Shown here in pieces: positions 48,934 to 61,069 of a DNA stretch of 64,000 nucleotides (position 1 is the stretch's first letter; every line of letters starts with the position of its first letter). The position numbers and the translations under genes were made by a program. The stretch is taken from NCBI GenBank assembly GCA_008632985.1, contig QPGO01000060.1, forward strand, positions 310,001 through 374,000, written 5' to 3'. Under the pieces are notes generated by a model. The model had not been told where the DNA came from. It did no database searches and worked only from the letters and a program-made list of their open reading frames with translations. The DNA comes from Psammoneis japonica. Its lineage: Eukaryota.

Positions 48934-50394
48934 ATGAGCCGGTGGTCTTCTGGAGCTTTAGCTCTTCTTTTATCCTTATCGTTGCAATCTTCAGATGCGT
49001 TTTTACCTTCAGGATTGACTGAGCAGGCGAATAAGCAAGTCACGAGAACTTTTCTCTTTCCCCAATCATGGAGAAAGAGCGAAGACGAGGTCAATGCGGA
49101 GAGTGACGGTGGTGCCCGACAGATTGATCCATGGGATGAGGAGGATGCATATACAAAGGCATATGCCCGGGCTCAGCGTCACAAAATGCCGTCGTTATTG
49201 CCTGATCCGCCAAAGTGCGACACCCCAGAAAGTCGATCAAACACTGTGTCGATGGAGAACAGCGCCTCGGCTTTGTGGGCAGACAGGCCTCGCCTAGATG
49301 AACCCGACAAAAGACTACAAATGGCGAGAAAAATGGGAATGCCGAAAGCGCTTAGACCTGATGTCGATGACTATTACTCTCCTACTTTTGGGAACTCGGC
49401 TGCACCAGACTATGAAAAACCCAAGTCGCTCACGCCAGATAACGTGCTTCATTTGGGAAGAAATCAACGAAATGATGGGATACCGAATGGTGTTGCTCCA
49501 GACGCAGCAGACCATTACTCTTCTAGGCGAAAAGATCCTGCTTCACAATACTACAACGAGTCGCCGTCTCTTACACCGGATGATGTGCTTCACTTGGGCG
49601 GACAGGACCAGAATAAGGCGCAAGAACGGCACCACAGAGTGCCTGGAGGGCTGTCTCCTGATCCACCAACATGGGATGCACCACGAAACAAATATCCTCC
49701 CGCACCACTCGATACCCCAAGATCGTCATTACCGGATCGGCCTAACTGGGAGGGAAAACGACGTCCTCCGACACCACAAGAATACGATCGTCTTCCACAA
49801 CCGGGCGAGGAGTACGGACGGCGTGCTGAGTCATCAGAGAATTACCAGAGACGTCCTGACCCGTACGAAGATTACACACGACGTCCAAAGCCATCAGAAG
49901 ATTTCGATCGACGCTTTCAATCATCAGAGGAATACGGTCGGCGTTCTCAACCACCAGAGGACAACCGTCGACGTTCTCAATCATCCGAAGATTTCCGGCG
50001 ACGCTCTCAATCATCGTACGAGCGAGGTCTTCAGTCGCGAGAAGACAACCGTCGAAGTCCCAAACCGTCTCAGGATCGCAACCAACGCCGCGAAATTGAT
50101 CATTACGAGCGACCGCGCATGCAACCAAAAATGAAAACACAGATGCATTCATGGAGACGAGAAGATGACATTGATGAAGACGATGTGGACGCTGCGTTGG
50201 ATTTCTTCATGCGGAAAATGGCGGAAAGTGACGAGTTTCAGCACTTGAGTTACGAAGAGCGCATCGCTCTAGCCGCTGCTGCTGTCGTTGAAAAGCAGCA
50301 GAAACCAGGGCTAATGAGCAGACTCCTGAACTTTGGAAAGCGTATTTTGGGAAGAGGGAGAGACCAAATGGAAGATCATACATACGACTACTAA
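48934..50394 (+). CDS. Plastid-targeted repeat protein, paralog 2 (486 aa)
   Basis: Signal peptide ending SSDA-FLP. LLPDPPKCDT and SLTPD repeats; 11-aa SEDxxRRSQ repeats. C-terminal DVDAALDFFMRKMAESDEFQHLSYEERIALAAAAVVE is homologous to paralog 1. Confidence 0.8.
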   Translation: MSRWSSGALALLLSLSLQSSDAFLPSGLTEQANKQVTRTFLFPQSWRKSEDEVNAESDGGARQIDPWDEEDAYTKAYARAQRHKMPSLLPDPPKCDTPESRSNTVSMENSASALWADRPRLDEPDKRLQMARKMGMPKALRPDVDDYYSPTFGNSAAPDYEKPKSLTPDNVLHLGRNQRNDGIPNGVAPDAADHYSSRRKDPASQYYNESPSLTPDDVLHLGGQDQNKAQERHHRVPGGLSPDPPTWDAPRNKYPPAPLDTPRSSLPDRPNWEGKRRPPTPQEYDRLPQPGEEYGRRAESSENYQRRPDPYEDYTRRPKPSEDFDRRFQSSEEYGRRSQPPEDNRRRSQSSEDFRRRSQSSYERGLQSREDNRRSPKPSQDRNQRREIDHYERPRMQPKMKTQMHSWRREDDIDEDDVDAALDFFMRKMAESDEFQHLSYEERIALAAAAVVEKQQKPGLMSRLLNFGKRILGRGRDQMEDHTYDY

Positions 50395-50603
50395 CTTTGT
50401 GCATCCACGGAGGCTGGTGGGACTTTGTGCATGCCTTTTGGCTGCTAATCGGCAGTCTGTGGGGGATAACTGTACTGCTTTCTTATTAACTTTTATTTTA
50501 TTCTCGTTCATTGCTACGATTTGAGGTGCGTATGAGACAATAGGCCGTCCTCACGATGACGTAAAGCTGAGGATCGTTCTTTGCCGTTATTCTACACACT
50601 AAC

Positions 50604-51350
50604 TTAGATCTCGACACGTTGAAACCTACAGCAAAAGCATGACGCCAGCTCGTCTTCCACTGGATCAATATGAAACAACACAGCAAACAGCATAATGTAG
50701 ACCGCTGCAAGTGCTACCGCTGCCCATTCATACTCCGGGAATCTAGTCGCTCCGAAAATAAGTGTGCACACTACCGCTGCTCCTGCAATCAGTACAAAAA
50801 GAATCTTTACCAACAGTGGATATTGTGTCTGTCTCCAAAGTAGATAGCTTTGTAGTATTCCGTAGACAACGATGGACACAAAGTATAACACAGTTCCTAA
50901 TCCATGGAGGCTGCCTTCAATGCCAGCTCCTCCTGCCCTGAAGAGCGCCAGGATGATAAATCCAACGTAAGCGAGAATGTTGAACAAGGCTGATACAAAG
51001 TTCAATACTGTCAGAGCCTTTGAGTATGTTTTTGCTCGAGTGTAGTACACCTTGATTTGAATATTTCTGACGATAGTGACGATAAACATGATGGAAGCAC
51101 CAATGATTGCAGGAACAAGTATCATGTTGTAAGGTTCATAGGCAGCGAGTGCATCAGAGATTGTTTGATCCTTCGGTGAAATCTGCAGCTTGGTCAGAAG
51201 TTGCACAAGCACAAGAATGACGAGACCACCACCCACAAGAGGTGATAAAACAGACAGAATGTGGCCACACCGAGAGCCCTCTTTGGATGCGTTGTTGAGT
51301 AGCGCCTGACTCTTGTTGCTTGTTCCGCGAAGGCTGCGTGTAGAAGCCAT
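50604..51350 (-). CDS. Six-TM membrane protein, Frag1/DRAM/Sfk1-like
   Basis: Six hydrophobic helices with TISD, SLHGLGTVLYF and YEWAAV motifs. Confidence 0.6.
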   Translation of the reverse strand: MASTRSLRGTSNKSQALLNNASKEGSRCGHILSVLSPLVGGGLVILVLVQLLTKLQISPKDQTISDALAAYEPYNMILVPAIIGASIMFIVTIVRNIQIKVYYTRAKTYSKALTVLNFVSALFNILAYVGFIILALFRAGGAGIEGSLHGLGTVLYFVSIVVYGILQSYLLWRQTQYPLLVKILFVLIAGAAVVCTLIFGATRFPEYEWAAVALAAVYIMLFAVLFHIDPVEDELASCFCCRFQRVEI

Positions 51351-53120
51351 TTGAGAATTCCCCTTTGTAAGACGACGAAACAGCACAGATCTCAGCAAAA
51401 CGTCGCAAGATCAAGAAGGGAAAAAAGATGAAGATGAAGAAAAAATGAAGTTAAAATTTGAAAATTTCAATCTTCATGGATATATTCAGACTCTTAGCTT
51501 ATATATCATTGACATTTATTTGTATCCGATGTTTATATTATTTTTTCATTGGCATGAAATCATCGAAGCTAGCTTCCAAACTTGGCCAAAAGCACAAATG
51601 AAACCGGAAACGGCGTTTACGTTGCATCATTGGTTGTCGCTCAACAAGGCGACTGTGTTTATATATTCTAACACTCGCCACGGCCTTCTTCATCATTTTT
51701 CTTGTTCAAGAAAATCCTTCAGGATGCCTTTCTCTTGTTGGATTTTGATTCATTCTCGTTCCGATGAGCCACATCAATCGCCTTCGGAGAAGGCGAACTG
51801 TAAGCACTATGGCCCTACTAAATTGTGCCTGGACTACCGTATGTGTATGTGTGGCAATGACAATAAAATGGCGGGTTGAATGCAACCGTACCCTCTTGCT
51901 GGAGATCTCGAGATGCCAATGCACAAATTGGCTACGTTCATGACGAGACCTAGGAGCATACGTTCGAAACCAATCCGTCCAGCTAACAACTTTGGAAACA
52001 GTTTACAGTCTGCCGGACGGACAAAGAGAAGAGGGAGTTCGTGGACATCGAGAACTATTGTGAGAATGATTTAAGCTCATCAACTTCCACAAACAGACAG
52101 AGCTGGGAGCAAGCGATCGACTCGATACCGTACGTGGACCATCGTCAAAACATGGCTTCATTGATGCTTTGCTTCGTCGTCTCCTATAGCGCTACCGGTA
52201 CCCATTGGAACAGTGAATATATTTGACGAAGAACAATAAAGTTATGCTCGATATTGTGTGCGTTCAGTGCCGTTCTCTGCTTGTTGAGCAGACTATGGCT
52301 CTTTCTACCTTTGCGGCGACGACAAGAATGTGATTGCAGAAAGCTTGCGATATGCTCTCTCTACCCTATTCGTACAGCACCATCAGATCTCGTTGAGATT
52401 TTATACAGGGAGAATAATTCGAACGTTGGCTAGCTTCGAGTCGGGTCTTGTCAGTGAATTTTTACCCAGTGAGAGACTAGCACATCAGCATCCGGGATCT
52501 CCTTTGAACTAAGAGGCTTACCGTAACAAGGTGATGTAGGTGACAGTGAATGAATGCATCGGACTCGCTTGTGTACTGCATGGGCTTTGTTCTGACCGCT
52601 ATAGGGTTCTACCGTACAAGAGCTGTACCCTCCCGTCCACAACGCATGCCTCAGGCCGCCTAGCGTCACGTGACTACCGTAAAGTACAGTATATGAATGA
52701 GCTCTCTCAATCATGCGCAGACGAATTAGTCGTACATTTCTTGCAAAGAAATGCGACAGGATGAATGCATGAGAATGCTCGCTCCGCGAACGATGCCGAG
52801 TTGCCTTCGAAAACGAACACTTCAAAAAAGCAGCCACATACATCACGATGGAACACGTCTACAAATATAGCAGACGAGGAATGCATTCGACCTCACCAAT
52901 ATCGGCTCTATCGTTCCTCTTGTATGCAATGATTGCGACATCTCCTTTGACACAAAAATGATATGCTTTCATCGCCCCAATCGGTATTTAAATCGCGCTT
53001 GAAACAATGTTACATCACAGCCTACTTTTCTTTTACATACAATGCACAAAACCTACGGTGTCTACACATAATACCCAGAATCGATGAGGAGATCAGCTAG
53101 CCAAAGCAAAGGCTCTTGGA

Positions 53121-55035
53121 TCACGGCTTTAGACTCCACATCGTTCCTTCGACCCTTTCTTGTTTGCGTAAAATGCTCTGCCTTTCCAGCTCGCAGAGTT
53201 TTTTCCGAAGATCTACTAGAGTGATCGTCTCGTCATGCATATCTTCATAGTGTTGTTTGATCTCTTTGTGGTCCCATTCCATGGTCTCACTAATCATTGC
53301 TGGCTTGCGGAGTTTAAGGATATCCATTAATCGCGACGCCAGTTCATCCTCCTGGTAGTGGTTGTCTAGATAGCGGCGACCAGAACAAAGCCTCTTGTTT
53401 CGATCATCCTCTATATCAATTGTATCGAACTCAACGTTCTCTTCGAAAGTGGGTTTAAAGTCCTTGCGTTTGCCAATCTTTCTGATACCGAGGAAGTTCT
53501 CATGGCCTTGGAATCGACCTTCTAAAAGATGCTTGATCTCAAGGCGATTAGATTTACCCGCAATGTCTTTTGATCGCTGATAGATTTCGCTTAGGAAGCT
53601 CTGGTATGCCAACGCAGAGTCCCAATCACCCGCATGCGTGAGCACCGTAATCTGGTGGAAACCATTCTTATGAAGCACATGCTTCCCATTGAACGTTGCG
53701 CGCCCAAGAGCCTGCAACATGCCTTCGACTGAATAGCCGCGTCCATGGGCAAGAAGGATGTGCGTAGGCACCCGTCGTAGACTACGAAAGGACATGCCTC
53801 TCTGCATCTTTGAGAATCCGAAAACGAACACTGGAGTTTTGAGACCATAGTTCTCGTCTAAATCTTCCAAGACCTCGGAAATGCGAGTCCCCTTTTCTGT
53901 TTCCACCCAATCACTGTTGTTATTTGTCTTGTAATGGATTCCGTTGCCGACAATTACGACAACGATTATCTCGGGAAACTTCATTTGGACACGTCTGGCC
54001 TTGATGAACACATTACCCTCCGCTTTGACGCGAGGATTGGTGGTGTCCAGGAGCAGAACGCCCTCTGCATCACAGCTCGTGGCATCTTTGTAAAGCAGCT
54101 CCACTTTCTCATTGTAGAAAGGAACAGAAGACTTGTAGCTCAGCTCGTTTTGTAAAAGGTGGACGTCTTCCCCGTCTTCATCTTTGAGGACGTTCATGCA
54201 TTCTTGCCCCACATAGTTGTCGTGCGGCTCGATGAACTGAATTAATCCAGCTACCAAATCTTGCTTATAGAAATCAATCAAGATGGGCACCAGTGTGGCT
54301 GAGATTAGTACTTCGATGACTGGGTTCATGCTCATGAGACGATCGTAGGCTTGCTCCACCTTTTGCGTTCTGCCGACGGTGCGATACATCTCGTCGCACT
54401 CATCCACGATGACCGAAAAGCGCCGCTCAGGATCCTGGCCGCGGTATTCTTCGATTGAGTCACACACCTTATTGATTTGCGCTGCAGTGTCAGCCACCAC
54501 AACACACCCGCCATTCTTGAATGTCGCGCTCATGTGGTCGCGACTCTTTCCTCGTGCTGGTACCGAAAGACAGTCAGCAATGTACCTTCCATTGTCATAC
54601 TCTGTCAAACAGTCGTGGAGTTTGCTGTGCAGTTCCTTGCTCTCGGCAACACCTTTCGTAATGATGACAAGAGGAATGTTGAGCTCAGAACAAAACAGTG
54701 CAAAGATTGCCTTGAAGGATGATTTTCCGGACTGGGTACGGCCTCCAATTAAGAAGGGCAGGCGCTCGTCACACTCCTTGGCGAACCAAACTTTGTCAGA
54801 CGATCGTTCGATCAGCGACTTGTAGACTTCCTTGAAGTGAGATGTGGTGTCTCTGAGCTCATCAGGGAGCAAGGTTTCGATCTTCTCGACAAGAGCTTTC
54901 TTCATGCCTTGGTGAGATTCTGGTTTCAAGGTGATCCTCTTCATCGTGTCGGGGTTGTTCGCGATCGCAGTTAGAACGTCGCACAAGCCGTCGAAACCAT
55001 TGCAATGCAATTTGTGGACGTCACTGAAACTGTCA
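53121..55035 (-). pseudogene. 3' part of an SF2 helicase-like P-loop NTPase gene interrupted by the LTR retrotransposon
   Basis: GRTQSGKS (Walker A), IVDECD (Walker B), LISAT (motif III), FGFSKMQRGMSF, LQALGR. Joins 61888-61656 in frame once the element and one target duplication are removed (...ESQED-LDSFSD...). Confidence 0.75.
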
Positions 55036-55039
55036 AGAT

Positions 55040-55625
55040 TGTCATGTGGCACAAGGCCTATTGTGGGTGATTGTGGTGATTTTAAGAGTCGTTCATGAAA
55101 AGTGAGACTATAAAAGTGTAAAATTATGAAGTGAATTTCTGGAGCGGTGATCTCGCGGAATGTTCTTTCGATTCTTTCTTTTCCAGAGAAATTCTGTTCT
55201 CGTTATGTAGGAACGTTCCTGGGTTCTTCTTTAAGTGTATATCGTCTAAGGGAACGTCTTGGGACTTCTGAGGAGGTCACGTATGGTGTCCGAAGGTATC
55301 ACGGGAAAAATCGAGAGATCCGATTCGCTCTTCATCGTTTCGACCGTTTTCTTGTGAGAATCGGATTGGCTGAAAAGGAACTTGAAGTTCGGCTAAGAAA
55401 TGTCTTCTCGATTTACTTAGGAAGTGATACACGTGTCCAGTTGTTTACTATCGCTTTCCGCATGTGTCCGGTTGTTTACTTAGGAGGAAGATGTTGGATA
55501 ATTGTTCATGTAGTATGCATGTCTCTCTTGATGTATGTTCACGTAGATGTATATAGGTTCTGTCCGTAGTTCTCTATTGTTCTTTATGACGTCTCGAAGT
55601 GTCGGGTCATGAGCACGACGTGACA
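55040..55625 (-). repeat. 3' LTR
   Basis: Matches 61070-61655; only one difference seen (55523 C vs 61553 G). Confidence 0.95.
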
Positions 55626-55648
55626 CGCGCCTCCTCCAATGAATCGCA

Positions 55649-58600
55649 TCAGGGAGAGAAAGGAACGAGACGCCGCGCATTGACGGTCTCGAGGTAATTT
55701 CCTTTTTGGATGATGACGGTGCCATTGGATTTTACTTCATGTATCTCGTATGGGCCAAGTCGGCGTAAGGCGAGTTTGGATCGACGAGGGTTGTCGTTTC
55801 GGAGAGAAACAAGGTCTCCTGCTTTGAAGTCATGGTCGAGTCGCCGAGAGTTTTCACGCGCGTCATCTGCTTGCGCTTGTTGTCGGCGGCGAGCATAAAT
55901 GGTCGGCCAGTGGACGTTGTATTGTAAGAGAAGGATCATATCTCTTCCAAAAGCAAGTTGGCCGGCAGAGGCTTGCATGACGGCATGTGCCGTCGAATTT
56001 ATCGCCCAAGTTGCTGAGGCTGTTGTCGCATTCCACGGATTCGGTTGATTGAATGCGTCGGGATCATCGACTTGTTGGGCCCGTATGCAGCTCCATAAAA
56101 CATCGTGGGTCCGTTCAAGTAGTGAATTCGCCTGTGGGTTCCGTGCTGTCGCAGGTTTAGACTTAATCCCACAAGAAACTGGCAGTTCTTGAAATTCAAC
56201 ACCTGTAAATTCCGCACCGTTGTCGTGTGTGCAATAGACCGGGCGCGGAAATTTGCATAACCACGCTTGGTCAAATGCTCTGGCAGCTTCCAGAGCTGAG
56301 ACTGTGGAGATCTGCTCCATGCCAAAACAACGAGTAGCTAGATCTGCCATTGTGAGGGCGGTTGACGTCAAACTTCGTCGGTTGACGCCGGCACCAGTGG
56401 CAAAGGTAATCGGTCCGACAGTGTCGACTGCCACCTGCAACCAGGGGTCGATCTCAAGGGCTTGTGTGTCCTTAAGAGGTGTTTTTCCATACACTCTGCG
56501 GTTCTCTTTTGACTGTAGACAGGTCTGGCATTGGTCCATTTTGGTCTTGACGTCTCGGGTCAAACCTTGCCAATGACAGTGCTGCCTGAGGGTCTTTTCC
56601 ATTCGTTGGATACCTGGATGGCGTAAATTGACATGATGCCAGTTCAATAGAGGTGCTTGTAAAGTTGTAGGGACAACAATCTTGTCCTTAAAAAGGACCA
56701 GGCGCAGGTGTCCATCCTGCACCATGCAACTGTAGTCAGACAATTCTTTCCGACTCGGGTCGGTTCGAGTGAGTTGCAATGCTTTTTTTGCACGTAGCAT
56801 CATCTTGCTGTGCTTCAATAATCGTGTCAAACGAGACAGGACAATGAGTGTTATCGTCGTGTTCAAAGGCGAAACACTCTTCCAGCATTGGATCTGCAGC
56901 TGGCATCTCTGGGTCGCCAGTCGTGGTCGCGGCACGTGACAAGAAATCCGCGAGCACATTTTTTGCTCCCGGCAGGTAAAGAATCGTGGGACCAAATTCC
57001 TCAACAATCAGTCGCCAACGACATGCGCGGTCTGACTTGAAATTTGCAAAGGTCAGATTCTTGTGATCCGTGTAGATCGTGATCCTGTGACCCAATGGGA
57101 TGTCACGATGCTCTCGTAGCATCACAACTGTCGACAGCAGTTCTTGTTCGACAACTGGACATCTTTTTTGCGTGTCGGAGAGTTTGCGGGAGTGGAACGC
57201 TGTCGGGCGCTTGTCTTGAATGACAACGCTTCCTGGCTGGTATTTCGAAGCATCGGTGTAGATGTAGAACATCTTGTTGAAATCAGGGCAGGCAAGAAGC
57301 ATCTCGGTAGAGATCCGTCTCTTAATTTCTTGAAACGCTTGCTCGTGTTCAGGGTTTCCACTCGAACTTGACCGCTTTCGAGGTCATGCTCGAAAGAGGT
57401 GCCAACAGATGGGCACGAAGTCGCCACATCTCGCGATAGAAGTTTATCATTCCAATGAAACCTCTGAGTTCTTTCTTTGTTTTGGGCGAAACCAAATTCA
57501 CAATCGCATTGACTTTCTTGGGTTGCGGTTTGATTCCGTTTCTAGTGACAACAAACCCCAGGCACTCCGTTTCTAGAGCGCAAAAGAAAGTTTTTCGCAA
57601 GTTTACTCTAAAGCCTGCATCATTCAAAAGCACAAATGCTTCGCGCAATTGGGCGAGGTGATCATCAAAGGATCCCTTGCCAACAATCAACAAGTCGTCG
57701 ATAAAAATCAGAACGAATTCCAAGTGTCCAGCAAGTCAGTCATGACTTCTTGGAATGTGTCTGGGGCTGGTGCAAGTCCCATTGGTAATCTGCAATGAGC
57801 ATGTTTGCCGAACGGCAGCACAGCAGTCAGACACTGCTGACTCTTCTGGCTGATCCGCATCGTAAAAAATCCCACATTCAAATCGATCGCTGTAACACAA
57901 GCACAGCCATGCAGCTTTCGGAGCATGGTTGGCATCAAAGGCAGAGGCCATGGGCGTCGTTGCATGCGTTGATTTAACAGCCGAAAGTCGGTGACAAATC
58001 GGCAATCACCACCTTTCTTCGGTGTGAACATTGAGGGAAATCCCCAAGCTGAGTCTGAGATCCTTCTCAGAACTCCTGCTCGGCACAATCTCTCCACTTC
58101 TCCTTTTGCCATGTTGCAGTTGATCTGGGGCATGCTGCAAGGTCGGCACACAATGGGCTCGGTGCCGGGCTTAAGCTCAATGTTGACCGGTGGTCGCTTG
58201 ACACAATGTCCGAGCTCTCCTTGCGTGAGACTGGAGAAGTCTTCCAGCAAAGTGATGAGAGCTTCACCTTGCTCTCTCGACAAGTGCTCGGGCACACACT
58301 CTTGTAAGTCCTCCACAGGACTGCAGTCATTTGGGCGAATGGCTTTGGCCTTACGAGACGCCACAAGCTCTTCTTGCGTCGTTGGTCGGTGCCAAAAATC
58401 CTCGGGACATCTCATTGGAAAGGACAAGTCATCCCAAGCAATGACTTTTTCCTGGAAATCAAGCTTCATTCCAAGCTTGAACAGAACATCTTGTCCTGCA
58501 ATGGCACCACAGATTCCTTGCAATGATGAAACACAAAAGCATAAATCGAATTGTCTGTGTGAGGATGTGTCAAGGAATCGACAACGAGTGAGTGCGACAT

Positions 58601-60899
58601 GAGTTGTCTGATGGGTCTGCGCAAACAAGGTCTCCCATCTTGTTGGTGCTGAGGTGGCCTCATCCAGTGCTTCTTTTGAGAGCACATCTCTCTTTGTTGT
58701 TGTTCGACTGCTGCCGCTGTCGAGCAAGGCGAGCAGAACATTGTTGCTTTTGTCTCGAGTCCCATCAACTGGATCGAGCAGTTGAAGTTGCACAATGCAT
58801 CCGGGGTTCTTCCACTCATGTTTTTGAGGCTTTCGTGCTGCGTGTCTTCTCGGCTTCTTGTTGCCACTTTGCTCCTCTTCTTGTTCTCTGAGGTGGTCAG
58901 ACATGCCATCTCCAAAGACTTCTTCTTCTTGGTGGAACCAAGTGCGACACTCTTCATCATCTAGGTGCACTGTGCCAGGTTCACAGTAAAAGAAATCATG
59001 ATCACTGGATGCACTCAAATGCTCGTAACCATCACTCTGAGGGTCTGGTTCAGGCATTCGTGCTGCTGGTTGTGGCTCAGGCGCCACGGCTGGCATAAGT
59101 TCATTCGTCATATAGATACTCTCTTCATCGGTATCGGACTCTGGAGCCGCTGACATTTTCTTATCGGACTCGCTATTCATGAGTTCGTCTGCCGATGCAG
59201 CTCGCTTCGTCTTCGAGGCAGTTGCTCGATGAGAAAGTGAGCGACATTGCTCATATATGTAGGGTTCGGTGTCTTCGGACGTTTTCGAATGTCCTTCTTC
59301 TTCTTCGAATTCGTCTGGGTCACCTGGAACACATAAGTTCCTTCTCGTAGGATATATGCCCCCATGAGGGAACACTACGTAGTCGCAATCGTCCATTCCA
59401 TCTGGATATAATGCTTCTATCAACTCCTGGGCGTCCGTGCTGTTGTCATGCTCGAAAATTGATGATGTCAGAGATGCGCACTCATCCGCGCTGTCTGCTG
59501 TAGCCTCATACTCGTCATCGGCATCTTCTCCAAAAGATGACAGCTCGTCCATAGACGACATACGTAAGGTTGTCGACGATACTGTTGACATACTACTAGC
59601 GGTACTCCACAAATCATCGCTGTCTGACGATGTTGATCCGCTGTGCGGCACGAATTCCGGCATGCTGGATGCATCAGTTGTTTCTGCTGGGTCCATGGGA
59701 GGTCTCTGTCTCTGTTGCAGCTCAAAGTCTTCTGGCAACAGAACGCAATAGTTCTCTTCCACGTAAGTATCATATTCTCCGTCTGATTCTTCATAAGAGT
59801 AGCTCGTATCGTCTTCTGGTATCTCAAGTCCGTCTTCTTGTTCATAAGATTCAGGTTCAGAATCATCTCTTATGCTGAGTTGTTCCAGTTGTTCAGCTGG
59901 GGCTGAGTCTATACTGTTGTCCGGGTTCTGGACTGGTAGAGCTTCTTCTGGCTCGTGTACGGCACGTATTTCTTGCCGGTTCGTTCGGGTACGTCCTCTC
60001 TGTTGACCATAGCCTTGAGGACGGTTCCTATCACGCTGTAAGTTGGCTTGGTATCGAGTAGGATATCTATGTGGTTGGTTGGGAGGAGCTCCGGCGTTGT
60101 TATTGTTATTATTGCTCGGTCGTGTCGCTCGGTCGCCTCCATGTCCGTATGCGGTTCGGTAGCCGTGAGTGGGGATACGTCTCTGGAATCGCCGTTGGTC
60201 ATTTGACAACCTTCTCTCTTGTTGGGCCTTCTTCTTCTGTAGGAAGGATTCAATGGTGGAATAGTATGTCTCCAAGTCTGCCATACCATACTCACCTCTG
60301 TGTCCGACGGATAGTTGGAATCTCTCTCGCCAATCATCCGGCACAGCATGCTCTGCTGCATAAGTTAACTCTTGGTCCGTGAGAGGGGCTCTCTCTTCTG
60401 CAGAGCCTCTCATGTAGGGTACTAGCTCATTGATTTCCGAAATTCTGGAGGTGAATTCAATGAAGGTAGTTTCTCTTGGCTTGCGTATGGAGCGCAAGTA
60501 CTGCTTCTGCACTGCCGCTGAGTCTCGAGGAAGCAGTCCAGCAGTGACTGTCTCTACTGCTGTATCAAACTGTTCAGGGGTAAGTTCTTCTGGATTTTCA
60601 ACTAGAGCTCTTACCGCTCTCTGATATCGGTCCTTGATGGAGCCTCTGGTTAGGCATAACATCTGGCAATGAAGTGCTGGTCCTGTTGTCCAGTGCTTGA
60701 CCGTTCTTAGCTCATTAAAGTCTTTTAAAAAGACTAGGTACTTCTCCTTGATGGAGGTATCACACTGATGGATATAAAATGCCACCGTGTCTTCCGGTTC
60801 TCCCGGGTCTGGCGCAACCTTGTACTTGATTAGGCTCGCAACGTCGTCCGCTACTTGGGGGTACGACTTGTATAACTTCACAATCGCTTGACTAGTCAT
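55649..60899 (-). pseudogene. gag-pol polyprotein, hypermutated and frameshifted
   Basis: Protease LLDSGSS; RT FVTDFRLLN, RLPMG, FIDD; RNase H TDAS...SRKL...EQELL...TDHKNL; integrase HxxxxHPG...CxxC, VDTVGP, DNGAEF, NPQANSLLER. Frameshifts at ~57720, ~57350 and ~56810. Confidence 0.9.
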
Positions 60900-61069
60900 G
60901 TCCTCCTGTACTGTATAAGTATTATCTTGAGGTAACGCTCTAAAGTACTATTCTTCAGTTCCGTCGAACTGGGGGCTACGTACGTAGGCTTTCTTCGCCT
61001 TAAGTAGAATGCTCAGCACTATGCTGAGAGGCGGTATTATTATAATGATACGCCACTGTTTGATCAAAA

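Noticed and set aside
51445..53100. Short ORFs between the DRAM-like gene and the helicase-like gene
   Set aside because: No recognizable motifs or consistent frame; a gene call cannot be supported.
55147..55569. Duplicated 140-aa ORF (also at 61177-61599)
   Set aside because: It lies within the LTRs, antisense to the element; the duplication simply reflects LTR identity.
57349..57723. Programmed frameshifting in pol
   Set aside because: The shifts fall inside RT and linker regions rather than at the gag-pol junction, and match the window-wide indel error pattern.
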